A program made the translations under genes and the position numbers. A stretch of 61,630 nt of DNA, counting the filler, from Sphacelaria rigidula (Eukaryota), in the NCBI GenBank assembly GCA_964200075.2. It is 5 parts of 5 records of this genome, joined end to end, with 100 filler letters (N's around TTAATTAATTAA, not from the genome) between each part and the next. Parts side by side here need not be neighbours in the genome. Positions count along the whole stretch, not along the records: positions 37,044 to 49,288 come from CAXNAA020003963.1; positions 49,389 to 61,630 come from CAXNAA020003964.1; 3 more parts are not named here. One strand, 5' to 3'. Below the pieces are notes generated by a model that searched no databases, was not told the origin of the DNA, and saw nothing but the letters and a program-made list of their open reading frames with translations. How positions within the stretch are numbered: the first letter of the stretch is position 1; each line of letters starts with the position of its first letter. Positions 37,078 through 50,979 of the stretch are shown here, piece after piece.

Positions 37078-40000
37078 ATTTCATGTCCATGTCAGGGCCG
37101 TGTCCGTGTGAGTTCGGAAAAAGAGAGTGGCCGTCTTCATTCTACGGCCGTGCCCGTGTAGTGTTATCGTAGGGGGAAGAAAAGAGAGGTTGACCTCCTT
37201 CGTTCCATGTTCATGTTCGGGCCGTGTCATTGTGACCTCGAAAAAATGCAGTGAGCTCCTTGATTTCATGTCAACCTCCGGGCCGTATCTTCATGAGTTT
37301 GTGAAAGAGAGGGAGGGCTTCTTCATTTCATGTCCATGTCCGGGCCGTGCTATCGTCGGTGAAAAAAACGAAACGTGAGCGTCCTCGTTTCATGTTCATG
37401 TCCGGGTCGTGTTTCTGTGGGTTCGACAAAAGAGAGTGGGCGTCTTCATTTCATGTCTATGCCAGGGCCGTGTGATCGTCGGAGAAGGGAAAAAGAGGGT
37501 GAGCTCCTTCGTTCCATGTCTATATTCGGGCCGTGTTATCGTGAGCTCGAAAAAAAGCGGGTGACCTCCTTCATTTCACGTCCATGCCCGGGCCGTGTTG
37601 ATGTAGGTGAAGGACAAAAAAAGGCTGAGCTCCTTTATTTCATCTTAACGTCCGAGCCGTTATTTTATTAGTTCGAACAACAGCGGGTGAGCTTTTTCAT
37701 TTCATGTCTGTGTTCGGGCCGTGTTTTTGTGAGTTAGAAAAAGAAAGGATGAGCGTTCCCATTTCATGTTGATGTTTGGGCCGTATTAATGTAAGCTAAA
37801 AAAATGCGGGTAAGCTCTTTAATTCCATGTCAACCTAAGGGCCGTATATTTGTGAGATCGAAAAAAGCAAAGGGTGAGCTCCTTCATTTCATGTCCATGT
37901 CAGGGCCGTGTTTTTGTTAGTTCGAAAAAAGCAAAAGGTGAGCTCCTTCATTTCCTGTCTATGTCAGGGCCGTCTTATTGTTAGCTCGAAAGAAACAAAA
38001 GGTGAGCTTCTTCATTTCATGTCTATTCCCGGGCAGTGTTATCGTAGGAGAGAGAAAAAAGGGGGTGAGCTTCTTCGTTCCATGACCATGTCCGGGCCGT
38101 GTTATTGTGAGCTCGAAGAAAGGCGGGTAAGCTCCTCGATTTCATGTCAACCTACGGGGCATATTTTCGTTGGTCCGAAAAAAAAGAGGCTAAGCTTTTT
38201 CATTTCATGTCAACCTCCGGGCCGTATTCTTGTTATTTCGAGGAATACAGGGTGAGCTTCATTTCATGCCCGGCCCGTGCTATCGTAGGTGAAAAAAACA
38301 AAACGTGAGCGTGTTAATTCCATGTTCATGTCCGGGCTGTGTTTTTGTGGGTTTAGGAAAAGAGAGTGGGCGTCTTCATTTCATCTCCATGCCCGTGCCG
38401 TGTTATCGTAGGAGAAAGAAAAGAGAAGATGAGCTCCTTCGTTCCATGTCTATGTTCGGGCCGTGTTATCGTAAGCTTGACAAAAAGCGGGTGAGCTTTT
38501 TCATTTCACGTCCATGTCCGGGCCGTGTTTTTGTGACGATGGAAAAAAGAGGGTGAGCTTCTTCATTCCATGTTCATGTTCGGGCCGTGTTTTTGTGAGT
38601 CAGAAAAGGAAAGGGTGGGCGTCTTCATTCCATGTCTATGCCCGGGCCGTGTTCTTGTGAGTTCGACAAAAAAAAGTGAAATCTTCCATTTCGTGTCTGT
38701 CACGACTATATTTTTGTGAGTTCGAAAATAGAAGGTAAACTTCGTTATTGCATGTCTATGTCCGGGCTATATTTTTCTGAGTTTGACAAAAAGAGGGTGA
38801 GCTTTCTTGTTTCCTGTTCATGTTCGGGCCGTGTTTTCGTGAGTTTAAAAAAAGCGAATGGGCGTCTTCATTTCATGTCTATTCCCGGGCCGTGTTATTG
38901 TAGGAGAAAGAAAAGATAGGGTGAGCTTCTTCGTTCCATATCTATGTTCGGGCCGTGTTATTGTGAGCTTGAAAACAAGCGGGTCAGCGTCTTCATCCAA
39001 TGTCTGTGCCCGGGCCGTGTTATCGTAGCAGAAAAAAAAAAAAAAGTGAGCTGCTTCGTTTCGTGTCCATGTCCGGGCCGTGATATTGTGAGTTCGAGAA
39101 AAAGAGGGTGAGATTTTTCATTTCATGTCCATGTCCGGGCTGTATCTTTGTGACTTCGGAAAAAAGAGGGTGGGCTTTGTTATTTCATGTCCACGTTCGG
39201 GCTGCATTTTCTCGAGTTAGAAAAAAAAGGGTGGGCTTCTCCATCTCATGTTCGTGTCCAGGCCGTGTTAATGTGAGTTCGACAAAACAAAAAGTGGAAT
39301 TATTCATTTCGTGTCCGTGTCCAGGCTGTATTTCCGTGAGTTCGAAGAAAAGAGGGTGAGATTTGTCATTCCAAGTCTGTTTCCGGGCTGTATTTTTTTG
39401 AGGTCGAGAAAAAGAGGTTGAGCTTTTTTATTCCATGTTCATGGTCGGGCTGTATTTCGTGAGGTTGACGAAAAGAGGATGAGATTTTTCATTTCATGTC
39501 TGTGTCCAGGCGGTATTTCCGTGAGTTCGTCAAAAACAGGGTGAGCTCCTTCATTTCATTTTCATGTCCGGGCTGTATTTCGTTGAGTCGACGGAAAGAG
39601 GGTAAGCTGTATTTTTGCGATTTTGGAAAAAATAGGGTGAGCTTCGTCATTTCATGTCCATGTCCGGGCCGTGATATCGTAGGTGAAAACAAACAAACGG
39701 TGAACTTCCTTCATGTTCATCCTCGACCCATGTTTTTGTGAGTTCGAAAAAAAAGAGTAGGCGTGTTCATTCCATGTCTATGCCCGGGCCGTGTTCTCGA
39801 AGGAGAAAGAAAAGAGAGGCTGAGTTTTTTCATTTCATGTTCATATCCGGGCCGTGCTATCGTAGATGAAAAAAACAAAAGCTGAGCTCCTGCATTTCAT
39901 TTTCTATGTCCGGGCCGTGTTATCGTAGGGGAAAGAAAAGAGAGGGTGAGCTTCTCCGTTCCATTTCCATGTTCGGGCCGTGTTTTTGTGAGTTCGAAAG

Positions 40001-43000
40001 AAGAGAAGGGGTGTCATCATTTCATGTCTATGCCCGGGCCGTGTTGTCGTAGGAGGAAGAAAAGAGAGGGTGAGCTTCTCCGTTTCATGTTCATGTTCGG
40101 GCCGTGTTTTTGTGACTTCGACAAACGAGAATGGGCGTCTTCATTTCATGTTTATGCCCGGGCTGTGCTATCCTAGAAGAAAGAAAAGAGAGGGTGAGCT
40201 CCTTCGTTTCGTGTCTTTGTTTGGGCCGTGTTATTGTGAGCTCGATGAAAAGCGGGTGAGCTTCTTCATTTTATGTCCATGTCTGGGCTGTATTTCTGTG
40301 AGTTCGCAAAAAAGAGGGTGGGCTTCGTTATTCTATGTCTACGTTCGGGCTGGATTGTTTCGAGTTAGAAATAATGGGGTGAGCTTCATTTCACGTACAT
40401 GTCCGGGCCATGTTTTTGTGAGTTCGGCAAAAAGAGGTGAGCTCCGTTATTTCGTGTCTGTGTCCAGGCTGCATTTTTGTGAGTTCGAAATAAAAAGGGT
40501 GAGCTGCTTCGCTTTATGTCTATGTTCGGGCCGTGTTATTGTGAGCTCGATAAAAAAAGGGTGAGCTTCTTCATTTTATGTTCATGTCCGGGCTGTATCT
40601 TCGTGACTTCGAAAAAGAGCGGGTGGGCTTTGTTGTTTCATGTCCACATCCGGGCTAGATTTTTTCGAGTTAGAAAAAACGGTGAGCTTCTTGATTTCAT
40701 GTTCGTGTCCGAGCCGTGTTTTTGTGCATTCGACGAAACTGAAGTGAGATTTCTCATTCTGTGTCTGTGTCCAGGCTTTATTTTCGTAAGTTCGGAGAGA
40801 AGAGGGTGAGCTTTGTTACTGCATGTCCATGTCCGGGCTGTATTTTTCGAGTTCGAGAAAAAAAGGTGAGCTCCTTCATTTCATGTCCATGTTCGGGCTG
40901 TATTTCGTGACGTCGACGGAAATACGGTAAGGTCTTTCATTTCATGTCTTCGGCCGGGTTGTTTTATTGTGAGTTGGAAAAAAAGAGGGTGAGCTTTGTT
41001 ATTTCATGTCCATGTCCGGGCTGTGTCTCTGTGAGTTCGACGAAAAAAGGGTGAGCTCCTTGATTTTATGTTTATGTCCGCGCCGTGATTTTGTCAGTTT
41101 AATCAAAGGAGGGTGAGCTCTTCATCTCGTGTCCGTGTCCAGGCTGTATTTTTGAGAGTTCGAAAAAAGAGGGTGAGCTTCGTTATTGCATGTCCATGTC
41201 CAGGCTGTATCTTGGTGAGTTCGAAAAAAAGAGGGTGAGCTTTTTCAATCAACTTTCATGTTCGGGCTGTATTTCTGTGAGTTCGAAAAAAAGAGAGCAA
41301 GCTTTCGTTATTTCATGTCCATGTCCGGACTGGTTTCTTCAAGTTCGAAAAAAAGAGGGTGAGCTTTGTTATTTCGTGCCCATGTCCGGGCCGTGATATT
41401 GTGATTTCGAAAAAACGAGGGTGATAATTTATATTTCATGTTCATGTCCGGGCTGTATTTCTGTGAGTTAGAAAAAAAAAGGGTGGGCTTCGTTGTTCCA
41501 TGTCTACGTTCGGGCTGGATTTTTTCGAGTTAGAAATAGTAGGGTGAGCTTCATCTCATGTACATGTCCGGGCCGTGTTTTTGTGAGCTCGACAAAAAGA
41601 GGTAAGCTCCTTTATATCGTGTCTGTGTCCAGGCTGCATGTTTGTGAGTTCGAAAAAAACAGGGTGAGCTGTTACGGATCGCGGCGTGATGCGGTGGAAG
41701 GGGGACAGTACAATGATGGGCCGTTGGTTCGGAACGAAGATACGCGCCCGGAGGGCTGATCGCAGGAACTGGCTAGTACCTGCGGTCAGGTGTGAGGATG
41801 TTAAGTAATCCGTCAAGATACGGAGTACATAAAAGCATGCCTCTTGCATCTGGTTGAATCCGATTCTTTCTAAGAATCGGTGCAACGCTAAGATGACCCT
41901 GGTGTTCAGAGAAAGACCTCTCGAGAGACTCTGGCAATCAACACCACCAAGAGAAAAAAAGAAATCGAATTACCTGAAGCGGTGAGCAAAGATACCCTGA
42001 CGATCGACGTGTACTGTACTGCGTTGGACTGTCTCCCCACGCGCTGTTAACTTACGATTGTTACATGATTAACGGTGAGACAGTTTGGAGTTTGAATGCC
42101 GTAGTAAATAAATGAACACAACCGAACTTGGTGCACAAGGGAATGGCAGTCAAATAATAAGTAGGATGAAACGTCCCACATGAAACAGTGAAATTCCGTA
42201 ATCGTTGACCGAAGTTTTGTTGTTTGCCTAGTTGGGTGATCAGCCGGCACTGTAGAGTTAAGCAAAGGCTGACAACAACCGGAGACTGCTGTTTACTTTT
42301 ATCAGAGCTTCTTCATTTCATGTTCATGTCCGGGCCGTCTTTGTGTGAGTTGGAAAAAAGAGGGTGAGATTTTTCATTTTATGTCTGTGTCCAGGCTGTA
42401 TTTTTTCTAGTTCGAAAAAAAAGGGTGAGCTTTTTCATAACAAAGAGGGTGAGCTCCTTCATTCCGTGTCCACGTCCGGGCCGTTTTGTCGGGAGTTTGA
42501 GAAAAAAAAGTGAGCTCCATTCCGTGTCTGTGCCCAGGCTATATTTTTTTTAGTTCAAAAAAAGAGGGTGAGCTCGGTCATTCCATGTTCATGTCCGGGC
42601 TGGATTCTTTTGAGTTCGAAAAAAAGAGGGTGAGCGTCTACATTTCATGTTCATGTCCGGGCCGTGTTTTTGTGAGGATGAACAAAAGAGGGTGAGCTTC
42701 TCCATTTCGTTTCTGTGTCCAGACTGTATTTTTGTGAGTTCGAGAAAAAGATGGTGAGCTTTATTATTCCATGTCCATGTCCGGGCTGTATTTCTGTGAG
42801 TTCGACAAGAAGAGGGTGAGATCTTCATCTTTCATGTCCAACTTCGGGCTGTATTTTTGTGAGTTCGAAAAAAAGAGGGTGAGCTTCGTTTTTATATGTC
42901 TATTCTCGGGCTGGATTCACTCGAGTTTGAAAAAAAGAGGGTGGACTTTATTTTGTGTTCATGTCCGGGCGGTGTTTTCGTGAGTTCGAAAAAAAGAGGG

Positions 43001-43190
43001 TGAGATTTTTTATTCGATGTCCGTGTGCAGGATGTATTTTTGTGAGTCCGAAAATAAGAGGGTGAGTTCTTCCATTCCACGTCTATATCCGGGCCGTGTT
43101 ATTGTGAGTTCGAAAAAAAGAGGATGCGCTCCTTCATTCCATGTCCATGTCTGGGTAGTGTTTTTTTGAGAAAAAAAAGGAGGGTGAGCC
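37078..43190. repeat. ~60-bp satellite, subtype 2 (TTCATGTCCATGTCCGGGCYGT...GTGAGTTCGAAAAAAGAGGGTGAGCT)
   Basis: Continuous diverged tandem array sharing the CATGTCYATGTCCGGGC core with contig C. Confidence 0.92.
41670..42304. mobile_element. Solo LTR (635 bp) inserted in the satellite
   Basis: GAGC|TGTTA...TATCA|GAGC: TG..CA ends and a perfect 4-bp TSD; no coding sequence. Confidence 0.8.
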
Positions 43191-46100
43191 CCGTTATCCT
43201 GTATCCCTGTGCGCGCTCTGTAATGTTGGGATTAGGTGAAACGGGGTGTTAGCTTCTTCAATTCATGTCCATGTCGGTTCTGTGTTGTGGTAGTTGGACG
43301 CAAAAATAGGATGAGCTTTTCTATTGCATGTTTACGCCCGAGCGGTGTTACAGTGAGGTGAAGAAGGACGAGGATTCACTCCTTCATTTCTTGTTCAAGT
43401 ACGGGCTGTGTAATGGTAGGTTGGATATAAACGAGGGATAGCTCATTCATTCCATGTCCATGTCCGGGCTGTGTTACGGTAGGTGTAGATAAAAGCAGGG
43501 TGAGCGTCATTGTTCCACGTCCATGTCCGGCCTATCTTCATGAGAGAAGAACAACGAGGAGGACGAGTTTATCCCTTTTCATGTCTTTGTCCGGAATGTG
43601 TGATGATAGGGTGACCATAAGCTCTGGGCTGTGTAATGGTAGGGTAAATGCAATAAAGGTGGGCGTTTTCATAACAAGTCATTGTCCGGGCTATGTTCAT
43701 GTAAGTTGCCAGAAAGCAGGACGAGGTGATTTATTCCATCGTCATGTCCGGGCTGTGTTATGGTAGGGTAAATAGAACGAGTGTGATCGTTATTTTTCCA
43801 TGTCCATGTCCGGGCTATGTTTTCGTGAATTGAACAAGTGGAACAACAAGCTCAGATATACTCCATGATGATGTGCGGGCTGTGTTATGGTGGGTGATAT
43901 GAAATGGGGGTGAGGTTTTACATTTAAATGTCCATGTCTGCGCTATGTTTGTGTGCGTAAAACAAGGAGGGGGACGAGCTGATCAATTTCAGGATCATGT
44001 CCGAGCTGTGTAGTGATCAATAACAGGGAGGTTAGCTATCTCATGTCATGTCCGGGCTATGTGTGAGTTAAACACGGAGAAGGACGGGGTAGTCTATTCG
44101 ATGTCCATGTCCGGGCTGTGTGATGGTAGCGTGGAAAAGAAGAGGGTGAGCTCCATTTTTCCATGTTCATGTCCGGGCTATGTTTTGGTGGGGTGGAAAA
44201 GAGGAGGGTAAGCGTCATCATCATGTCCGGGCCGTGTTTTGATGGGGTGAAAAACAGGAGGGTAAGCGTCATTATCCCATGTGCATTTCCGGGCCATGTT
44301 CCCGTGAGTTGACCAAGCAGGTAGACGACCTGATCTATTCCATGTCTATGTTCGGGCTGTGTTATGATATGGTTAACATAAGGTTCGGGCTGTGTAATGG
44401 TAGGGTATATGAAACGAGGGTGAGCGTCATCATAGCATGTTTATTCCCAGGCCATGTTTATGTAAGTTGAACCAAGAGCAAGACAAGCTGATCTATTCCA
44501 TGTCCATGTTCGGGCTGAGTAATGAGAGGGTAAGCAAAAGTTGTGGGCTGTGTAATGGCAGGGTATGTGAAACGTGGGTTAGCGTCATATTTGCATGTCC
44601 CTGTCCGAGTAATGTTCATGTGAGTTGAACAAGGAGGAGGACGGGCTGATCTATTCCATGGCTATGTCCGGGCTGTGTAATGATGGAGTAAACATGAGTT
44701 GTGGGCTGTGGAATGGTAAGGTGAATAAAACGAGGATGAGCGTCATCCTTGCTATCTCGTCCGGTCTATGTTCATGTGAGTCGGACAAGGAGAAGGACGA
44801 GCTGATTTTTTTCATGACCATGTCCGGCCTGTGTAATGTTAGGATCAATATCAGTTGTGGGCTGTATAATGGTGGGGTATATGAAACGAGGGTCAGCGTC
44901 ATCCTCGCATGTCTCTGTCCGGGCGATGTTTAGGTGAGTTGAACAAGGAGGAGGACGGGCTGATCTATTCCACGGCTATGTCCGGGCTGTCTAATTATAG
45001 GGGGAACAGAAGTTGTGGGCTGTGGGATGGTTGGGTAAAGAAAACGAGGGTGAGCGTCATAATTTCATGTCGATGTCCGGGCTATGTTCAAGTGAGTTGA
45101 ACAAGGAGGGAGACGAGGTCATCTATTTCATGTCCATGTCCGGGTTGTGTAATGATAAGGTTCAAATAAGTCCTAGGCTGTATCACGGTAGGGTGAATAA
45201 AACGAGAGTGAGCGTCATCATTCCATGTCTATGTCCGGGCTATGTCACTGTGAGTTGAACGAAGGGCAGAAGGAGGTGATATATTTATATGACTGTGCGC
45301 GGGCTGTGTTTATGTAAGATGAACAAAGAGCAGGTCGTGCTGATCTATTCCATGTTCGAGTTCGGGTTGTGTTATGGTGAGGTAAATGAGAGGAGGGAAG
45401 GCCGAGCTGATCTATCCCATGGCATGCCCGGGCTGTGCATTGCTAGATTAAACATGACATCTGGGCTGGGTGATGGTAGGGTGAATAAAACGAGGGTGGG
45501 CGTTATCCTTGCACGTCCATGTCCGAGCTTCGTTCATTAAAGTTGAACGAGAAGGACGAGCTGATCTATTCCATGTTCATTTCCGGGCTGTGTCATGATA
45601 CGGTAAATGTGCGGGGGTGATCGTCACTATTGCATGTCCATGTCCGGGCTATGTTTTCGTGAGTTGAACAAGTGCAAGAACATTTTGATCTATTCCATGC
45701 TTAGGTCTGGGCTGTGTGATGGTAGGATACACGAAACGAGGATGAGTGTCCTGATAACGAGTCAATGTCTGGGCTACGTTAATGTGAGTTGAACAAAGAG
45801 CAAGACGAGCTGATATATTTCATGTCTGTGTCCGGTCTGTGTAATGATAGGCTAAACATAAGTTGTGGGCTGTGTGATGGTGAGGTATATAAAACGAGGG
45901 TGACTGTCATCCTCGCATGTCTGTCTCTGCGTTTTGTTCATGTGATTTGAACAAGGAGGACAACGAGCTCATCTATTCCTTCGCTATGTCCGGGCTGTGT
46001 AACAATAGAGTACACATAACTTGTGGGCAATGTAATGGTGAGGTGAAAGAAACGAGGGTGACCGTCATCATTCCATGTCTATGTCAAGGCTTATTTTCTG

Positions 46101-49100
46101 TAAGTTGAAAAAATAGGACGAGCTGATCCATTCCATGGCTATGTCCGGGCTCTGTAATGATAGAGGGAGCATATGTTGTGGGCTGTGGAATGGTAGAGTA
46201 AACAAAACGAGGGTGATCATCATCATTTCATGTCTATGCCCAGGCTTCCTTTCTGTCCGTTGAAAAAAAAGGACGAGCTGACCCATTCCATGGCTATGTC
46301 CGGGCTGTGTAATGACAAGGGTGAACATGAGGTCTGGGCTGTGTGATGGTGGGGTAAATAAAACGAGTATGAGCGTCATCCTTGCATGTCTATGCCGGGC
46401 TTCGTTCATACCACTTAATCAAGAAGGGCGGGCTGATATATCCCATGTCTATCTTTGGGCTGTCATGGTAGGGTAAATAATTTCTGGGTGACCGTCAATA
46501 TCGCATGTCCATGTCCAGGCTATGTTTTCGTGGGTCTTGTGGTAGGGTAATTGAAACGAGGATGAGTGTCTTGAAAACAAGTCGATGTCCGGGCTATGTT
46601 TACGTGAGTTGAACAAGGAGAAAGACGAGCTGATTTTTGCAATAGCTATGTCCGGGCTGTGTAATGGAGTAAACATATGTTGTGGACTGTGTGATGATGA
46701 GGTAAATAGAACGAATGTGACCGTCATCATCGCATGTCTATCTCTGCGTTTGGTTCATGTGAGTTGAATCTATTTCTTGCCATGTCCGGGCTGTGTAGTG
46801 ATAGGGTACACATAACTTGTGGGCTGTGTAATGGCAAGGTGAACAAAACGAGGATGGGCGTCATCATTCCACGTATTTGTCCAGCTTTCTCTATGTGAGT
46901 TGAGCAAAAAAATATCTAATCCATGACCATGTCCGGGCCGTGTAATGATGTGGTGAACATGACGTCTGGGCTGTGTAATGGGGTAAAAAAACGGGGATGA
47001 GCGTCATCCTTGCATGTCTACGCCCGGGCGTTGTACGTCAAAGTTGAACAAGAAGGACGAGCTGATCTATTCCATGTACATCTTCGGGCTGTGTCATGGT
47101 AAGGTGAAGAATACGGTGGTGACCGTCACTATTGCATGTCCATGCCCGGACTATGTTTTTGTGGGTGGAACGAGTGCAAGACATGCTGATCTATCCCATG
47201 CTCATGTCTGGGCTGTGTCATGGTAGGGTATATGGGACGAGGATGTGTGCCTTGATAACAAATCGATGTCCGGGCTATGTTTATGTGAATTGAAATAATA
47301 GCAGGACGAGCTGATCTTTGTAATGGCTATGTCCGGACCGTGTAATAAAAGGGTCAACATACGTTGTGGACTGTGTAATGGTGAAGTAAATAAAACGAGG
47401 GTGACCGTCATCCTCGCATGTCTATGTCTGCGTTGTGTTCCTGTGATTTATACAAGGAGGAGAGCGACCTGATCTATCTCTTGGCATGTCCGGGGCTGTG
47501 TAATGATAGGGTACACACCATTCGTGTGCTGTGTAATGGTGAGGGGAATAAAACGAGGGTGAGCGTCATCATTCCATGTCCATGTCAGGGCTATGGTTTT
47601 GTGAGTTCAACAAGTGCATGAACATGCTGATTCATTCCATGCTCATGTCTGGGCTGTGTTATGGTAGGGTACATGAAACTAGGATGAGCGTCTTGGTAAC
47701 GATTCAATGTCCGGGCTATGTTCATGTGAGTCGGACCAAGAACAGGACAAGCTGAGCTATTCCATGTCCATGTCCGGGCTGTGTGATGATGGGGGAACAC
47801 ATAACTTGTGGGCTGTGATGGTGAGGTGGATAAAACGAGGATGAGCGTCATCCTTGCATATCTACGTCCGGGCTTCGTTCATTCAAGATGAACAAGGAGA
47901 AAGACGAGCTGATTCATCGCATTTTCATCTTCGGGCTTTGTCATGATAGGGTAAACAACACGGGGGTGACCGTCATCATTGCATGTCCACGTCCGAGCTA
48001 TGTTCATGTCCGGCCTCCGTTCATACAAGTTGAACAAGGAGGAGGACGAGCTGATCTATCGCATGTTCATCTTCGGGCTGTTATGGTGGAGTAAATATTA
48101 CGGGGGTGACCGTCATCATTGCATGTTCATGTCCGGGCTATGTTTTCGTGAGTTGAACCAGGAGCAGGACGAGCTCATCTAATCCATGTCTATGTTAATG
48201 CTATGTAATGATTTGGTGAATGGAACGAGGGCGAGCGTCTTGATGACAAGTCAATGTCCGGGCTATGTTTATGTGAGTTGAACAAAGAGCAGGACGAGCT
48301 GATCTATTCCATGTCTACGTTAGTGCTGTGTGATGGTATGGTGAGTGGCACGAGGGTGATTGTCATCATTCCATATCAGTACGGGCTATGTTGACGTAAG
48401 TCGAACAAAGAGCAGGACGAGGTGATATATTCCATGTCTACGTCGGGGCTGTGGTATTGTAGGGTAAATGAAACGAGAGTGAGCGTTATCATCCCATGTC
48501 AATGTCCGGCCCATGTTCGTGTGAGTTACACAAGGAGCAGGATGAGGTTATCTGTTTCATGTCCATGTTCGGGCGGTGTTATGATACGGTTAACACGAGG
48601 TGTGCGCTGTGTAATGGTAGGGTAAATACAACGAGGTTGAGCGTTATCATTTTATGTCGATGTCCGCGTTGAGGTCATGTGAGTTGAACAAGGAGGAGCT
48701 GAGTTCATGTGAGTTGAACAAGGAGGGAGACAAGCTGATCTATTCCATGTCCATTTCCGGGCCGTGTAATGAAAGGGTAAACATAAGGTCTAGGCTGTGT
48801 AATCGTGGGGTAAATAGAACGAGGGTGAGCGTCATCCTCGCATCTGTACGTCCGGGCTTCGTTTATTCAAGTTGAACGAGGAAGAGGACTGCCTGATCCA
48901 TTCCATGTCTATTTTTGGGCTGTGTTATGGTAGGGTCAATGATACGGGGGTGACCGTCATTATTGCGTGTCCATGTCCGGGCTATGTCGTCGTGAGTTGA
49001 ACAAGTGCAAGAACATGCTGATCCATTTCAGGCCTGTGTCCGGGCTGTGTTGAGGTAGGGTAAATAAAACGAGGGTGGACAAGGTGACCTATTTTATCAT

Positions 49101-49220
49101 CATGTTCGGGCTATGTCACGGTAAGGTGAAGGAAACGAGAGTGATCGTCACTATTCTACGTAATATCCGGGCCATCTGTGTGTAAGTTAAACCAAGAGCA
49201 GGATGAGGTGATTCATTTCA
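43190..49220. repeat. Satellite subtype 3 with higher-order organisation
   Basis: Alternating GAGTTGAACAAGGAG..GACGAGCTGATCTATTCC and GGTAGGGTAAATAAAACGAGGGTGAGCGTCATC monomers plus a ~30-bp half unit (AACATAAGTTGTGGGCTGTG). Confidence 0.88.
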
Positions 49221-49288
49221 CGGTTAGGACAAATCATCACGACTCAAAATCACCAAATTCACGATTTCTTCTGCCTGATTGCCCGAAA

Positions 49289-49388
49289 NNNNNNNNNNNN
49301 NNNNNNNNNNNNNNNNNNNNNNNNNNNNNNNNTTAATTAATTAANNNNNNNNNNNNNNNNNNNNNNNNNNNNNNNNNNNNNNNNNNNN
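49289..49388. other. Artificial contig linker
   Basis: Same 100-bp spacer. Confidence 0.98.
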
Positions 49389-49722
49389 ACAGGATGCCCT
49401 TGTCCCCTGGTCATCATCCAGGATCCACTATATAATCAACCGTGACGGCGTGGTTTCGCCACATGTCGCTTCCTTAAATGTATCGATTTGATAGATTTAT
49501 CACACATCAACCAATCCGCTACGAACCGAGCTATGATCACAAGACGGCCGTAGTGATCCGGATAAAAAACACGACCCAGAGGAAAGAAAATGTAAACCAT
49601 CAAATACAGAAAAGGAGCAGGAAGAAACAACAGCCAAATGAAGGTCAAATTCAAACCATGGAAAAATAAAAATAGAATCGAAAGGGCAACGGAGACACCT
49701 AAACAAACACTCGACTAACTAT

Positions 49723-50421
49723 TTAAGCCAGATAGGACAAGGTCGTACATGAAGTGCGGCCGATAGAGCAATACACAAAACGTTCTCCCAGAGGGCGCGT
49801 CGTCACGTCACCCGCCCCCCCTCTTCCCCCCCGCGAGGCTATCCCAGGGAATAATGAGGTGTGTAATGCACGTTTTGCCGTGTGCGTCAAAAGACCTGAC
49901 CACGGGCGAACTACAAAAGTATCTCCCATAGGTCCAGAGTTCATAGCAGCAAGCTGCCTGACGATCGGTGGCGTGATGGAGGCGTTCTCCAACTCGTTCA
50001 GCAAGATCTTGGTGAACGTGAACGCGTCGAACGTCATACCGGTGAGGCTAGCAAAATACTCGTGGAGCTTTGAGTGGTGCTGCTCGTGCACGTTCAGGTT
50101 CGACCTGGGCAACTTCCGACAACTACGAAGCCCGGCGTACTTCTTGCGGCACTCGTCGTCTTGATTTCCCTCGTGAGGTCCATCGTGTCCGAGGAACATC
50201 TGGCTATTCGAACCGGAGTATGGGCGAGGTTCACCAACCCTCGACTCTCGCCAGAAGTTGAATGAGATGCCATAGGCGGGCATCACGCTGTCGTCGTTCG
50301 TCCCGCCTCCCCCTGAATCCGCGGACAAGGCGATTTGCAAGGCCTTCATAGAATGTTCGACCACCCCACACCCTACTTCAGCTCGGATGAAGCGCTCTGC
50401 GATGACCAAACGGACGACCAA
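49723..50421 (-). pseudogene. C-terminal remnant of a KDZ (Kyakuja/Dileera/Zisupton)-like transposase
   Basis: H..PHEG....C......L....NLNVHEQHHSKL.....LTGMTFDAF resembles the KDZ H...C...N...EQ....l....M...f motif. Broken Cys-rich fragments upstream at about 51400-52550. Confidence 0.55.
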
Positions 50422-50553
50422 ACACGGGAGTGAGGATCAGCGAACGTAGCAGTATCACACGTGATGATAGTACTGGCCAACTGACGATTTCAGTTCGAAC
50501 ATCGCGCCGGGGGAAGGGGAGGTGGGGGGTGGTGGGGGGTAAATAGCCTCTGA

Positions 50554-50979
50554 CAGTCTGGATTCGTTTTTGAGGTTCAACATTTGGGTGAGGTTCAACT
50601 CGAAAACAGGGCTGCTTTCCCTGACCTAAAGTCATGATCAATGAATTTCATATGGACGGCCTCATGCCCCCCGACCTCCTCACACCTATTCCTGGGGGTT
50701 GCCCGTCTCCCGTGCCCGCAAAGCGTATGTGCGAAAGCATCTTTTTGCCTCGATATGGGGGCGAAAAAGGGGGCGTTTTTAGCCCGAAATTGGTGCTTTT
50801 GCATATACGCTTTGGCGGTACAGAAGACGGGCGACCCCCAAAAATAGTTTTAACGAGGTCAGGGGGCATAAGGTCGTCCATATGAAATTCATTGGTGATG
50901 ACTTTAGGTCAGGGAAAGCAGCCCTGTTTTCGAGTTGAACCTCACCTGAATGTTGAACATCAAAAACGGATCCAGGGTG
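50554..50979. mobile_element. Foldback MITE, CAG...GTG termini, candidate 8-bp TSD
   Basis: Palindromic over most of its length (cagtctggattcgtttttgaggttcaac... / ...gttgaacatcaaaaacggatccagggtg); flanks gcctctga / ttctctga. Confidence 0.85.

Noticed and set aside
36872-37080. Inverted repeat spanning the contig C/D boundary
   Set aside because: It crosses an artificial linker; these are two copies of a repeat on separate contigs.
33285-49220. CRISPR array, or many small Cys/Met-rich proteins
   Set aside because: Whole monomers are homologous, with no unique spacers and no cas genes. The ORFs are translations of the satellite.
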